NCBI GenBank assembly: GCA_026421185.1
Contig: JAPKCH010000003.1
Location: 12,375-76,374, forward strand
DNA from: Dehalococcoidia bacterium
GTDB lineage: Bacteria; Chloroflexota; Dehalococcoidia; Lucifugimonadales; Lucifugimonadaceae
Length of the DNA stretch: 64,000 nucleotides
Reading direction: 5' to 3'
This document shows, piece by piece, positions 27,556 through 37,694 of the stretch. A program made the translations under genes and the position numbers. Every line of letters starts with the position of its first letter. Positions within the stretch are counted from its first letter, which is position 1. The notes beneath the pieces are model-generated. The model was not told the origin of the DNA. It made no database searches and saw only the letters and a program-made list of their open reading frames with translations.

Positions 27556-28407
27556 TTAGCTAGATTTCAGAGCTTGCTCAATAGCAGCAAACATCGTCTC
27601 TACTGGAGCTGTTTTGCCTGTCGACATTTCGAACCCCTCAATGCCCTGGAACACCAGCATAGTCATCCCCCCTGAAGGTTCAGCACCAGCTTCTTCGACT
27701 TCTCGTAAGAACTTAGTCATCGGTGGAGCGTAGACAATATCGTATCCAACGGCATCAGCCGAGATCATGTCGGCTGTTGCTGGAGTCGCCAATTCTGCCG
27801 GACCACCAGCCATACCCAGAGACGTGGTATTGACCAGGAGATTTGCATACGGAACAAAGTTAGAAAGTTCGTCGCGACTCATTCCGATGGCATTTGGCTT
27901 GAATTTTCCTTCAGAAAAATCGGATGCAAGTGCCTGTGCTTTTTCCACAGTTCGATTGGCAATTGTAAGTCGATTTACTCCAGCTGTTTTCAGTGCGTAA
28001 ATTATTGCTCTTGCTGCACCACCCGCTCCAAAAACAACTACGTTAGCGCCTTTAGGATCAAAACCGGCTTTTTCCTTCAGTGCTCGCAAAAATCCGGTAC
28101 CGTCGGTATTGTGACCAACGAGTTTGCCATCACGATTGAAAATCCAATTCACTGCACCAACAGCCTGTGCGGCTTCAGTGAGTTCGTCGACTAATGGAAT
28201 TACAGCCTGTTTGTGCGGTAGTGTCACACACGCTGCGAGGAAGCCATCAGCACGGAAAGTGGCTACTTTCTCTTCAAGATATTCCGGCGCTACATCCCAA
28301 GCCTCGAACGTCTCTTTTATGCCGAGTTCGTCCAGTCCTGCTTGATGAAATACAGGGGATTTTGTGTGACCAATGGGGTGACCCATAACGCCGATATTGC
28401 TGCTCAT
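27556..28407 (-). CDS. aroE: shikimate 5-dehydrogenase
   Basis: Motifs 'GHPIGHTKSPVFHQ', 'VTLPHK', 'GHNTDGTGF' and 'VFGAGGAARA'. Confidence 0.9.
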   Translation of the reverse strand: MSSNIGVMGHPIGHTKSPVFHQAGLDELGIKETFEAWDVAPEYLEEKVATFRADGFLAACVTLPHKQAVIPLVDELTEAAQAVGAVNWIFNRDGKLVGHNTDGTGFLRALKEKAGFDPKGANVVVFGAGGAARAIIYALKTAGVNRLTIANRTVEKAQALASDFSEGKFKPNAIGMSRDELSNFVPYANLLVNTTSLGMAGGPAELATPATADMISADAVGYDIVYAPPMTKFLREVEEAGAEPSGGMTMLVFQGIEGFEMSTGKTAPVETMFAAIEQALKSS

Positions 28408-28435
28408 AGCTCTCCGTGTCCGTACTCGGACTGGT

Positions 28436-28837
28436 TTAGTTCGACCGCATGAACGAGTCGAGGATTATTGCGGCAGACGCTGAGTCTATCTTGCCTCTTG
28501 CAGCGCCACGTGCTCTAGATGGCGATTTTCCAGCTTCTCTGAGTAAGGAATGTGCTTGAACCGTGGTCATTCGCTCATCCCATGTAAATACTGGAAGATC
28601 AGTAGTTTTGCGCAATCGCGCACAAAATGCACTAACTTTCCTAGCAGCGGGTCCACGTGAACCATCAAGTGACAGTGGCAATCCAACAACGATTCCACGA
28701 GCTTCTCGGGCGACTGCAACTGTCGATATGTTTGAAGCGTCAGCCGACCCTACAGCTTTGATCGCGTCTATAGGTGTTGCGATTAAACCCGTAGGGTCGC
28801 TTATAGCAAGGCCAATTCTGGCCTCACCGTAGTCCAC
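28436..28837 (-). CDS. ruvX: Holliday-junction resolvase-like nuclease RuvX/YqgF
   Basis: Motifs '(V)DYGEARIGLAISD', 'IVVGLPLSLDG' and 'DERMTT'. The only canonical start is a GTG inside the conserved 'LGVDYG' strand. The frame stays open and homologous up to 28870 (see finding). Confidence 0.8.
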   Translation of the reverse strand: MDYGEARIGLAISDPTGLIATPIDAIKAVGSADASNISTVAVAREARGIVVGLPLSLDGSRGPAARKVSAFCARLRKTTDLPVFTWDERMTTVQAHSLLREAGKSPSRARGAARGKIDSASAAIILDSFMRSN

Positions 28838-28866
28838 TCCGAGAAATCGGCCATTATCTGCGATGA

Positions 28867-31710
28867 CTAGTTACCTGCCCCGCCACTTAGCGATTCACGA
28901 ATAATTTCTTCGGCTGCTCCAAGAGCTTCTGAAAGCTGTTCGGCGTTCTTACCGCCTGCCTGAGCTACTGTAGGGTTTCCGCCGCCACCGCCACCCATTT
29001 TGCCGGCAATGGCCTTTGCGATGTTGCCAGAGTGAATACCGACCTTCACAGTGTCATCAGTTGCCATCACTACAACCATTGGTCGCCCATCGATCACACT
29101 TCCAAGAATTACAACACCTTTGCCTATCTGATTCTTCAGATGATCACCGGTTTTTCGCAGCGCTCCAAAATTCGTCGCTGTAACTTCACTAACTTCGACA
29201 TGAATAACTGTGCCATCTGTTTCGATGTCAAAGTTATTGGAGGAGTTATTAGAACTTCCTCCGCCGACGCTGGCTTGCAGCAGCTGCTCTTCGAGTTGAG
29301 CAACTTGCTTGCGAGCTTGCGACAAATCCTTAGAAAGTTCGTCGACTCGACCACTTGCATCAGATATCGGCACTCGGAATTTCAAAGCAATAGTGTCTAG
29401 TGCTCTAAATCGCTCGAAAATAGCTTCCTCAGAAGCCACCCCTGTGATTGCTTCCATTCGGCGCATTCCTGATCCTATGCCGGTTTCAGAAGTGATCACG
29501 AATGTACCGATTCCGCCGGTGTAATCCATGTGGGTTCCACCACATAGCTCATAACTCCACGGAGCATCGATTTTGATGGTACGAACTTCGTTGTCATATG
29601 TGTCACCAAAGAAAGCCAGTGCACCTTCTTCGACTGCTTCGCCATAAGTGGTGAAATTAACTTCAACAAGTCGGTTGAGTCGGATCTTTTCGTTGACTCG
29701 ATCTTGAACAGCCTTGATCTGTTCCTTAGTCAACGCTCGAATGTTGGTGAAATCAAATCGAAGACGATTAGGATCCACGACTGACCCTGCTTGCCGAACG
29801 TGGCTACCGACTATTTCACGTAACGCAGCGTGTACTAAATGCGTAGCTGTGTGATTGCGACGAATACGCTCGCGTCGCTCTCCGTCGACCTGAGCTGTGA
29901 CTTTGGCACCCTTGTTCAACGATCCAGATGTAATTGTGCCGTAGTGAACGTTCACGTGACCGTACGGAGCCAGAGTGTCGTTGATCATTACTTCGACACC
30001 ATCACCAGAAATTACTCCAGTGTCGCCAACCTGTCCACCGCGGGCTGCGTAGAAAGGTGTTTCACCAAGAATAATTTCAACTTCGTCACCTTCATTTACT
30101 GAGTCTACCGCTACACCATCTTTGACGATGGCCATGACTGAGGTATTCGACTCAAACGTTTCGTAACCAACAAATGGTGTGTCCTCAACGCCGAGCGATT
30201 CATATACACGCGTTGAATTTACATTACCGCCGAAACTTCCGGCTGCACGACCGCGTTCACGCTGAGCTTCCATCTCTGAGCTGAATCCATCTTTGTCTAG
30301 CGACATCTGGGCTTCTAGTGCAACCTCTTCGGTCACTTCGACGGGGTATCCATAGGTGTCATAGAGAACAAACGATTCGGTGCCAGAAATATTGTTACGC
30401 CATCCATCTATGGCTTCGGCATCCTCGGAAGTAACCAATCGTTCGAGTTCCACAATTGCCAGCCGAGTGCCCACTGAACGTCCGTCATCACCAGTTGGAA
30501 GCTTCAACTTCTTGCCGTCTTTGAGCTGTTCTGCAGCATCCGGGTTAGAAATTCTGTAGTCGATCATCCCTGCAAGAACTAGTGCACCAAATTCGAGAGT
30601 TCGGGAGAAACTTTTTTCTTCTTGTTCAAGGACGTCTTTTATGAATTCAAAGTTACCGACTAGTTCTAAGTACGCATGCCCCATGTGGTCGGAAACCGTT
30701 TTGGATATCGACGACAACATGGGCGTGTCCATGCCTAACTCTCGACCGAACAACATGCCTCGACGTATAAGCCTACGCAGGACGTATCCACGACCTGAGT
30801 TACCCGGAATTACGCCGTCACCAATCAGGAATGAAGCCGAACGTGCGTGTTCTGCAACTATTCGTATAGCGCGATCTACTTCTTTGTCTTGGCCCCACTT
30901 TTTACCTGAAAGCTGTTCAACGTGCGCAATGATCGGGCGGAAAGCATCCGTTTCGTAGACATTGGGTGCTCCTTGTAAAACCGCTAACATGCGCTCGAAA
31001 CCCATTCCTGTGTCAATGTTTTTCGCTGGTAAAACAGTATCGTTGCCGTCTAGATCACGGTAGAACTGTGTAAATACGAGGTTGTATAGCTCTACGAAAT
31101 CATCGTGATAATTCGGACCCCATTCACCGTTTCTGATTGGATCGTCTTTTGCTGGGACGTCATCCAATGAACCGCGGTAGTAGTTTATTTCTGAGCTGGG
31201 ACCACAGACGCCTTCATCTCCGGCAGGTCCCCACCAGTTATCTTCATCGCCGAACCGGTAGATACGATCTTCAGGAATTCCAAGTTCTTTCCAAATGTTC
31301 TCAGCTTCATCGTCTGTCGTGTACACGGTGTAGTAGAGGCGTTCCGGATCAAGACCAAATCTGTTCGTTAAAAGATCAAGCGCCCATGCACAAGCTTCTT
31401 TTTTGAAGTAGTTGCCAAAACTGAAATTCCCCAGCATTTCAAACATCGTGAGGTGGGTGTCATCACCGACCTCTTCGATGTCAGTTGTCCTAAAGCATTT
31501 CTGCGAAGTCGTAATTCGGGGGTGTGGCGGTTCTTTTTCACCAGAGAAATATGGCTTGAACTGCGCCATACCCGAATTGATGAGCAATAGCGTAGGGTCA
31601 GCGGCAGGAATCAGTGATGCTGAAGGCATTCGAAGGTGGTCTTGTCCTTCGAAGTAAGAAAGGAATGCCTCTCGTAATTCATCTGCTGTTTTTGGGGGGC
31701 TGGAGGTCAT
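28867..31710 (-). CDS. alaS: alanine--tRNA ligase
   Basis: Motifs 'MAQFKPYF', 'QKCFRTTDIEEVGD' and 'FEMLGNFSFGNYFK'. Editing domain 'HTATHLVHAAL' and 'CGGTH', plus a C-terminal DHHA1-like region. ATG 31710 has a GGAGAAAA Shine-Dalgarno and is preferred over 31758. Confidence 0.97.
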   Translation of the reverse strand: MTSSPPKTADELREAFLSYFEGQDHLRMPSASLIPAADPTLLLINSGMAQFKPYFSGEKEPPHPRITTSQKCFRTTDIEEVGDDTHLTMFEMLGNFSFGNYFKKEACAWALDLLTNRFGLDPERLYYTVYTTDDEAENIWKELGIPEDRIYRFGDEDNWWGPAGDEGVCGPSSEINYYRGSLDDVPAKDDPIRNGEWGPNYHDDFVELYNLVFTQFYRDLDGNDTVLPAKNIDTGMGFERMLAVLQGAPNVYETDAFRPIIAHVEQLSGKKWGQDKEVDRAIRIVAEHARSASFLIGDGVIPGNSGRGYVLRRLIRRGMLFGRELGMDTPMLSSISKTVSDHMGHAYLELVGNFEFIKDVLEQEEKSFSRTLEFGALVLAGMIDYRISNPDAAEQLKDGKKLKLPTGDDGRSVGTRLAIVELERLVTSEDAEAIDGWRNNISGTESFVLYDTYGYPVEVTEEVALEAQMSLDKDGFSSEMEAQRERGRAAGSFGGNVNSTRVYESLGVEDTPFVGYETFESNTSVMAIVKDGVAVDSVNEGDEVEIILGETPFYAARGGQVGDTGVISGDGVEVMINDTLAPYGHVNVHYGTITSGSLNKGAKVTAQVDGERRERIRRNHTATHLVHAALREIVGSHVRQAGSVVDPNRLRFDFTNIRALTKEQIKAVQDRVNEKIRLNRLVEVNFTTYGEAVEEGALAFFGDTYDNEVRTIKIDAPWSYELCGGTHMDYTGGIGTFVITSETGIGSGMRRMEAITGVASEEAIFERFRALDTIALKFRVPISDASGRVDELSKDLSQARKQVAQLEEQLLQASVGGGSSNNSSNNFDIETDGTVIHVEVSEVTATNFGALRKTGDHLKNQIGKGVVILGSVIDGRPMVVVMATDDTVKVGIHSGNIAKAIAGKMGGGGGGNPTVAQAGGKNAEQLSEALGAAEEIIRESLSGGAGN

Positions 31711-32119
31711 TTTTCTCCGAACTGCACGCGACGTAATGATTTGGTGTAAACCTAACAAATGATTTTAGTTAGCAGTAAATTCATGTGTCAAAGATGATTT
31801 TCGCCATCGAAACTTTGACGGCAAGTTGATCAAGTGGTTGAATTTGTCCTAAATATGAAACGACTGCCGTAAAAATCGCTTTTCATCAGTGATTTGCAAG
31901 TTACGCGCAGGGCAAATTTTAGGTCTCATCATCGCGGTAAAAATCAGAGTTAGTCGCCAATTAAGAATCCTACTCGGTTATAAGTAAAGCAAAGTGACGT
32001 ACAAGCACTCGTCAGATGAAATTAGACGAGCGATTGTAAGCAGAGAAGTTCAGTCCTATTCATATCAATAAAACAACAACTTCTATAGATACATCTTTCG
32101 ACTAACTGTTTACGACACA

Positions 32120-32419
32120 TTGGTCTCAGTGCCGGCCATCGATAGAAATCCTAGATCGTTTTACGATGGCTTTTTGGTCAAAACGAGGCATAGTGGGATG
32201 ATGCTCAGAGAAACAAGTGGCGCCAAAATAAGTGGTAATACTGAACTACTGTTCAAAAACTTTTCACTAGTCGAATTCTCAGATATTTCTGCAATGATTG
32301 ACGCCATGTCAGCGGCCAACTCTGAATCGACAAGGATTCAAACTGTGAAAGTTGACCAAATTGAAGGGACGATCTCATCAATCAAACCCTCTGACTTGAT
32401 CCAAGGAGCCTTTGAATAG
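32120..32419 (+). CDS. hypothetical protein (doubtful)
   Basis: The only ORF in a 0.7-kb AT-rich gap. TTG start, or ATG at 32197. No recognisable motif and a weak Shine-Dalgarno. Confidence 0.2.
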   Translation: MVSVPAIDRNPRSFYDGFLVKTRHSGMMLRETSGAKISGNTELLFKNFSLVEFSDISAMIDAMSAANSESTRIQTVKVDQIEGTISSIKPSDLIQGAFE

Positions 32420-32451
32420 CTCAATGTAATTCTAGGCTCCCGTTAGCGAAC

Positions 32452-33903
32452 CTACTCGCCGTCGAACGTGTCTACTAGCAAACTGCGTGCTTGGATATCG
32501 ATGGTGGCATCGGCAAGCCTGGATGCTGTTGCAATCGCAATAACGGCCAAAAGTTCTTCACGCCGTTCAGGAGTCATCATCTCGTCATCACGACTTTCCG
32601 TCGATGTCGGACGTTGTGGCGTTGTGACAGTTGATGGACGACTTGTCTCTGCGGGCGTTGGCTGAGGTTGCGTGGTCGTCCCGATGTCCCGAACGTCATC
32701 TGCGACAACTTCAGGCCGGAATGGTGGCTGAGCATCACCCCAGTAAACCGTTTGATGAGGGAATGGGATTTCGATGCCTTCAGCATCGAGGCGAATCTTG
32801 ATACGTTTCCGCATCTCACCCATGATCTCCCACTGCTTCATTGGTTTGCAATCACCCAACATTTTGAACGTTACTGCTGAATCATCCAATGAGTTAAGAC
32901 GTAATACCTGAGGAGGCGTTATTAGCATCAATCCGTAGTAAGGATCGGCGGCGATTTCCTCACCAACGTCGTTTAAGACCATAATGACTCGATCAATATC
33001 TTCTTTGTAAGCAACACCAATATCTAAATTAACGCGTGACCAGTACTTGGTCTTGTTCGAAGCAACTGTAATTTCACCATTTGGGATCACGTGGACTTGA
33101 CCGTCCAGATCACGCAGTACCGTACGACGAAGGTTGATCGATTCAACGAGTCCAGATTTCCCGGCGATAGTCACCACGTCGCCAGTTCGATATTGGTTCT
33201 CAGCAAGAATAAATATTCCAGCGATTAAATCGCGAACAAGATACTGAGCGCCGAACCCGACAGCGATACCCGCAATTCCGAATCCACCAAGAATTGGGCC
33301 AATCGGAATTGAAAGTTCAGTTAGCACCATGAATAGCGCTGACACATAAATCAACGCCACAGCAGCGCCGACAAACACGCTCGACAGTGTTTCCGATCGC
33401 TTTAGGACTTCGTCATGATCGACAGTAGATGCCTGCCCTAGCATGATCGACGACATCACTCGCGGGATTACGCGTCGTGCGATTCGAGTAACGACCCAAC
33501 TCATAAATAAGATTAGGACGATTCTCAGAGCGTCCGTAGCTATCCAGTTAGCAGTCGCAGACCCAGCGTCTTTGAGATAAGCCAATGCAGGATCAATATT
33601 GTTGCCGAGAACGGAAAGAATTCCGAGTATGGCTGCTCCTGCGAACACGGCACCGACTAGGAAATTGGATATCCACGAGTCTGCGGCTTGAACCGCCATT
33701 CCAACATCGGCAGTAGCCTCGTGTTGATCTAGCCCGCGAACTGCTTGTCGCAATCCTCGTCGGAGCATGATCCTGACGATCCACCAAGCAAAGACGGCTC
33801 CACCCGCGATTAGGAATGCCCAAAGACCGCCTTCAGCGAGCCAACCCATGAAGCTGCCTTCAGCTGGGTGTCCAAGAAATGTATCGAGGAAGGAGTCTTC
33901 CAT
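32452..33903 (-). CDS. mechanosensitive ion channel, MscS family, with Pro/Thr-rich C-terminal extension
   Basis: Several TM helices. Pore-helix and beta-domain signature 'GFGAQYLVRDLIAGIFILAENQYRTGDVV'. About 90 aa of low-complexity tail. Confidence 0.9.
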   Translation of the reverse strand: MEDSFLDTFLGHPAEGSFMGWLAEGGLWAFLIAGGAVFAWWIVRIMLRRGLRQAVRGLDQHEATADVGMAVQAADSWISNFLVGAVFAGAAILGILSVLGNNIDPALAYLKDAGSATANWIATDALRIVLILFMSWVVTRIARRVIPRVMSSIMLGQASTVDHDEVLKRSETLSSVFVGAAVALIYVSALFMVLTELSIPIGPILGGFGIAGIAVGFGAQYLVRDLIAGIFILAENQYRTGDVVTIAGKSGLVESINLRRTVLRDLDGQVHVIPNGEITVASNKTKYWSRVNLDIGVAYKEDIDRVIMVLNDVGEEIAADPYYGLMLITPPQVLRLNSLDDSAVTFKMLGDCKPMKQWEIMGEMRKRIKIRLDAEGIEIPFPHQTVYWGDAQPPFRPEVVADDVRDIGTTTQPQPTPAETSRPSTVTTPQRPTSTESRDDEMMTPERREELLAVIAIATASRLADATIDIQARSLLVDTFDGE

Positions 33904-34016
33904 AGGGTGATCTATCGAATCATGTTGGGCATCGAAGATCTAACTTCGACACAGGTGGTTGGTAAGTAACTACAACAGACGATACAGATCACGCGTCGTC
34001 TCAAACTGAGGAAGCG

Positions 34017-34589
34017 TTACTTCCCGCTTCTTTCCCAGAGAGTGACGTAAGGACCGCTTTTACCGGAAATCAGCCCTGAGAGGTCATGTTTCGTGGTTTC
34101 CTGAATTGAAGTTCGCTCTTTTTTCATGAGGCCAAACAACTGTTCATTGAGTTGATCTATGACCTGATCAGAAAGCTTCTTCCCGAACAATTCACGTGTT
34201 GCCTCGTGCAGCTGTCCTTGTTCGAATGTAAGTAGAGTGCCTGCGAAAAATAGTACTCCAACACTTCCGCCGGGTTCATTCGAGTCTTGGGGTACGTTAA
34301 TTCCTAGCTCGGCGATGATCCTCTTTAATGAGTTGGCGCGAATGACAGCTTCAACCTGCTGGGGCATCCCCATAAGTTCAAGGAAGCCTGCATCATGGCG
34401 CCTGATCAGCTTCGAGAAATCTTGCTCGACCTTGGAGTAAAATTCCTCACCAAGTACATTTGAAATCGAGAGCTTTAGGATAGCTGGACCACCCGGACGA
34501 TCTTCCCGGGCATCAATAGCAATGAACTCGCGCAAATGCGGAAAGATACACAGTGTTATGTCGGCGCTACCTCGGTCTGAATCAAACAT
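34017..34589 (-). CDS. hypothetical protein
   Basis: 190-aa ORF, 15 nt downstream of the Zn-ribbon gene on the same strand. No motif recognised. Confidence 0.5.
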   Translation of the reverse strand: MFDSDRGSADITLCIFPHLREFIAIDAREDRPGGPAILKLSISNVLGEEFYSKVEQDFSKLIRRHDAGFLELMGMPQQVEAVIRANSLKRIIAELGINVPQDSNEPGGSVGVLFFAGTLLTFEQGQLHEATRELFGKKLSDQVIDQLNEQLFGLMKKERTSIQETTKHDLSGLISGKSGPYVTLWERSGK

Positions 34590-34604
34590 GATTCAATTTT
34601 AACC

Positions 34605-35051
34605 TTAGTTGAACCCGAATAACTGCTTCAACCGCTGGAAAACGCCGACCTTATCGCCACGTCGAGCAGAATGCCAGCTCTTTTCAGCCGATGCTGCTCT
34701 GCCGAGATTTGAACCACGCTGTTTCATAACGTCTCGAATTTCACGGTCTTCGCTCTTATCGAGCCAAAATCCTGCGTCATTTGGGCAAGCTTCGATTTCA
34801 ATGTTATAGCCACGATATCGGAATCGAATCATCTGATCGCCACAGTGCGGACACTCGTGGTCGACGACATGCTTGCCGTATTGACGCTGACCTTTGACCA
34901 TGTCGTCGCTGGCTGCGTTATCTTCCATAGACTCAAGAGTTGTTGTTGTAATCCAAACGCCGTCACATTGATCGCATGTGGATGACTCTTCTCCAGATGT
35001 TTTGGAATCAACCAGATGAGATTGGTCTAAGGGGCACTTTAGTTGTGGCAA
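34605..35051 (-). CDS. TFIIB-type zinc-ribbon protein (COG3809-like), two ribbons
   Basis: First ribbon 'CPLDQSHL...CDQCDGVWI'. Second ribbon 'CPHCGDQM...CPNDAGFWLDKSE'. TTG start. Confidence 0.7.
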   Translation of the reverse strand: MPQLKCPLDQSHLVDSKTSGEESSTCDQCDGVWITTTTLESMEDNAASDDMVKGQRQYGKHVVDHECPHCGDQMIRFRYRGYNIEIEACPNDAGFWLDKSEDREIRDVMKQRGSNLGRAASAEKSWHSARRGDKVGVFQRLKQLFGFN

Positions 35052-35278
35052 ATTCGAGAGTCCTTCGGAATGTGAAGCGGTAACTGATTGTACGAATTAC
35101 GGTCGGGTTTCGGTTCTTTCAGGTATCTCAGGCGGGTCGAATAACTTTATTAATCCGTTCAACACCGATTTCATTTTGAAATGCTCTGAGACTGAGGCCA
35201 AGAACAATTGCATCGACCTTACGTTGATTACTCGATTGTAACGGTCGAAAGTCAAAGTGCTTTTCGGTACGAAGCAGA

Positions 35279-36475
35279 CTATTGCAGCGAAATGCTCATA
35301 GCTACTGCGCCACCACCGGCGTGGCAGATGACTGCAAGTCCTTCTTTTCTATGTGTGGATTGCAAGCCATACATCAGCGTTACAAGTATTCGAGAACCGC
35401 TCGCTCCGATTGGGTGTCCGAGCGCAATAGCTCCACCCCGCAAGTTCACTCGATCCCAATCCCAACTGAGAGCCTGACCATTGGCGAGTACCTGACCTGC
35501 GAATGCTTCGTTGACTTCAATGAGGTCGAATTCATCGAGTGATTGGCCAGTCTTGGCTAATAAATTCGTCACAGCTATTCGAGGGGCATCGAACAGCATT
35601 CCCGGTTCGTTCGCTGCGTGCGAATATCCGGTTATTCGAGCGACTGGTCCACTCGAACAGTTTGCAGCCAAGGCTTCATTCGAAACGACGACTGCGGCAG
35701 CTCCGTCGCTAATCGATGACGCATTACCCGCAGTGACCGTCATCCCTGGAGGAAATACCGTTCGTAGAGCTGAGAGACCATCGAGAGTTGTGTCAGCGCG
35801 CGGCCCCTCATCTGTAACGAACGTGGTGACTTTACCGCGTCCTCCCTTCACATTAACTGGGGTGATCTCGTCGGAAAATAACCCTTCGGCTGACGCATTT
35901 GAGGCAAGACGATGGCTGCGCTCTGAGAACTCATCTTGCTGATCGCGAGTTATGCCGTATTTTTCGCTTATCGCTTCAGCAGATCCGCCCATGTGCCGAT
36001 TTTCGAATGGACACCAGAGCCCATCGTGAACCATTGAATCAATGAGATTCGTGTCGCCTAATCGTTGGCCGGTACGGCTGTTGATCAACAGATGAGGTGC
36101 TGCGCTCATGTTTTCCATGCCACCAGCAACGACGGAGTATGCCTCACCCAATTGGATCGACTGAGAAGCGAGCACAATTGCTTGCATTCCAGAAGCACAG
36201 GCTTTGTTAATCGTTAGAGCTGAAACAGAGTTTGGAATACCTGCGTTGATCGCTGCTTGGCGTGCTGGGGTTTGTCCCAATCCTGCCGACAGCATGTTCC
36301 CCATCACTGTGTAATCAATGTCACTTCCTGCCAGGCCAGACCGCTCGATCGCAGCCTTGATAGCGGTCGCTCCGAGATCGGTTGCCGGAGTGGTAGATAA
36401 GCCACCTTGAAAATTGCCAAGCGGTGTTCTAGCTGCGCCGGAGATGAAAACATCGCCCTTAAGCGAGTTGACCAT
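35279..36475 (-). CDS. acetyl-CoA C-acetyltransferase (thiolase II)
   Basis: Active-site Cys 'INKACASGMQAI'. Motifs 'NLRGGAIALGHPIGASG' and 'CHAGGGAVA'. 398 aa. Confidence 0.95.
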   Translation of the reverse strand: MVNSLKGDVFISGAARTPLGNFQGGLSTTPATDLGATAIKAAIERSGLAGSDIDYTVMGNMLSAGLGQTPARQAAINAGIPNSVSALTINKACASGMQAIVLASQSIQLGEAYSVVAGGMENMSAAPHLLINSRTGQRLGDTNLIDSMVHDGLWCPFENRHMGGSAEAISEKYGITRDQQDEFSERSHRLASNASAEGLFSDEITPVNVKGGRGKVTTFVTDEGPRADTTLDGLSALRTVFPPGMTVTAGNASSISDGAAAVVVSNEALAANCSSGPVARITGYSHAANEPGMLFDAPRIAVTNLLAKTGQSLDEFDLIEVNEAFAGQVLANGQALSWDWDRVNLRGGAIALGHPIGASGSRILVTLMYGLQSTHRKEGLAVICHAGGGAVAMSISLQ

Positions 36476-36548
36476 TAAATATGTTCCTAATGACTAATCT
36501 GCGAAGTAGATTTGTGGAGTATAAATCGGTCAGAGCAATTGTGCGGTC

Positions 36549-37694
36549 TTAGGCAGGGACGACTCTGACAGTTAGACCGTCGGCAGTGAGTGCAATTTCG
36601 CCCTTTTTAAGTGCGATAGCGTCATTGCCGTATATTTCTCGGCGCCATCCGGACATAGTCCTGACATCTGGCTCGTCTTCCGTTGCAATACGGTCGAGTT
36701 CTTTTCGATTAGCAATGAGTTGCGCAGCCACACCATTCTCGTCACTTCTAAGTTTGAGCAGTGCCTGGAGTAACGCTACCAATGTCTCGTGACCACGAAG
36801 CGGCGATCGGCCCTTCTCAGGATCGGGACAATCATCATTAGGTATTTCGAGACCAATCTTCACGGCTTCGAGTAGTGCTTTCCCATCTCTACCGTTTGCG
36901 AACCGATCATTCACACCACGAACCCGTTCTAGTTCGGCAGGATTTTGTGGGGTGTTTAGTGCGATCTCGGCAAGTGCTTCGTCTCTGCAGACCCAGCCTT
37001 TTGGAATATCTCTGTTCTGAGCACTTATTTCTCGCCACTCTGTGATCTCTCTTAGAACTGCAAGCGCACGACGTGTAGGTCGACGTAGCCGAACTTTTCG
37101 CCAAAGATCACGATGGTCAATGTCATATAGGTCTTGGTTGCGAAGATGTCGCATTTCTTCGTGTGCCCAAGTGGTGCGGTCCGCTTCTTCAAGCTCTTCA
37201 TTGAGCTTGTCATACACATCGATCAGGTATGTAACATCGCCGATAGCGTAGTCGACCTGATTGTCGGTCAACGGACGTCGAGCCCAGTCAGTCATTTGAG
37301 ATCGTTTGTCGATCGTTTCGCCGACTATCCGCTGAACTAGCGTCGCATACGCTGGTTGATCACCGTATCCACTCACCATCGCGGCAATCTGCGTGTCGAA
37401 CACTGGCTCCACCATTCCGCCGCTAGCGTTGTACATGATCTGCATGTCTTGGCTTGCCGAGTGAAAGACCTTAAGTATCGAAGTGTCTCTCATCAGGTCG
37501 TATACGGGTTCAAGATCGATGCCGTTGGCAAGAGGGTCGATAGCTACTGCTTCCTCGCGAGTAGCTATCTGAATAAGACAGAGAATTGGCCAGTACGTCT
37601 TCTCTCGGACGAATTCAGTATCGACGGTTACGAACTCAAAATTGGCGGCACGTGCGCAGAAATCTGCGACATCGGCGGAATTAGTAATAAGCAC
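36549..37694 (-). CDS. rnd: ribonuclease D
   Basis: GTG start. DEDDy exonuclease motifs 'VTVDTEF', 'KVFHSASQDMQ' and 'YAIGDVTYL', followed by HRDC-like repeats. Confidence 0.9.
   Translation of the reverse strand: MLITNSADVADFCARAANFEFVTVDTEFVREKTYWPILCLIQIATREEAVAIDPLANGIDLEPVYDLMRDTSILKVFHSASQDMQIMYNASGGMVEPVFDTQIAAMVSGYGDQPAYATLVQRIVGETIDKRSQMTDWARRPLTDNQVDYAIGDVTYLIDVYDKLNEELEEADRTTWAHEEMRHLRNQDLYDIDHRDLWRKVRLRRPTRRALAVLREITEWREISAQNRDIPKGWVCRDEALAEIALNTPQNPAELERVRGVNDRFANGRDGKALLEAVKIGLEIPNDDCPDPEKGRSPLRGHETLVALLQALLKLRSDENGVAAQLIANRKELDRIATEDEPDVRTMSGWRREIYGNDAIALKKGEIALTADGLTVRVVPA

Noticed and set aside
31711-32119. T-box leader upstream of alaS (also checked upstream of hisZ, 13383-13593)
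   Set aside because: The conserved T-box sequence (GGGTGGTACCGCG, or its complement on the plus strand) is absent. Only a partial CGCGGTA match was found.
35511-35942. 143-aa plus-strand ORF inside the thiolase gene
   Set aside because: Antisense shadow of a very well supported thiolase CDS.
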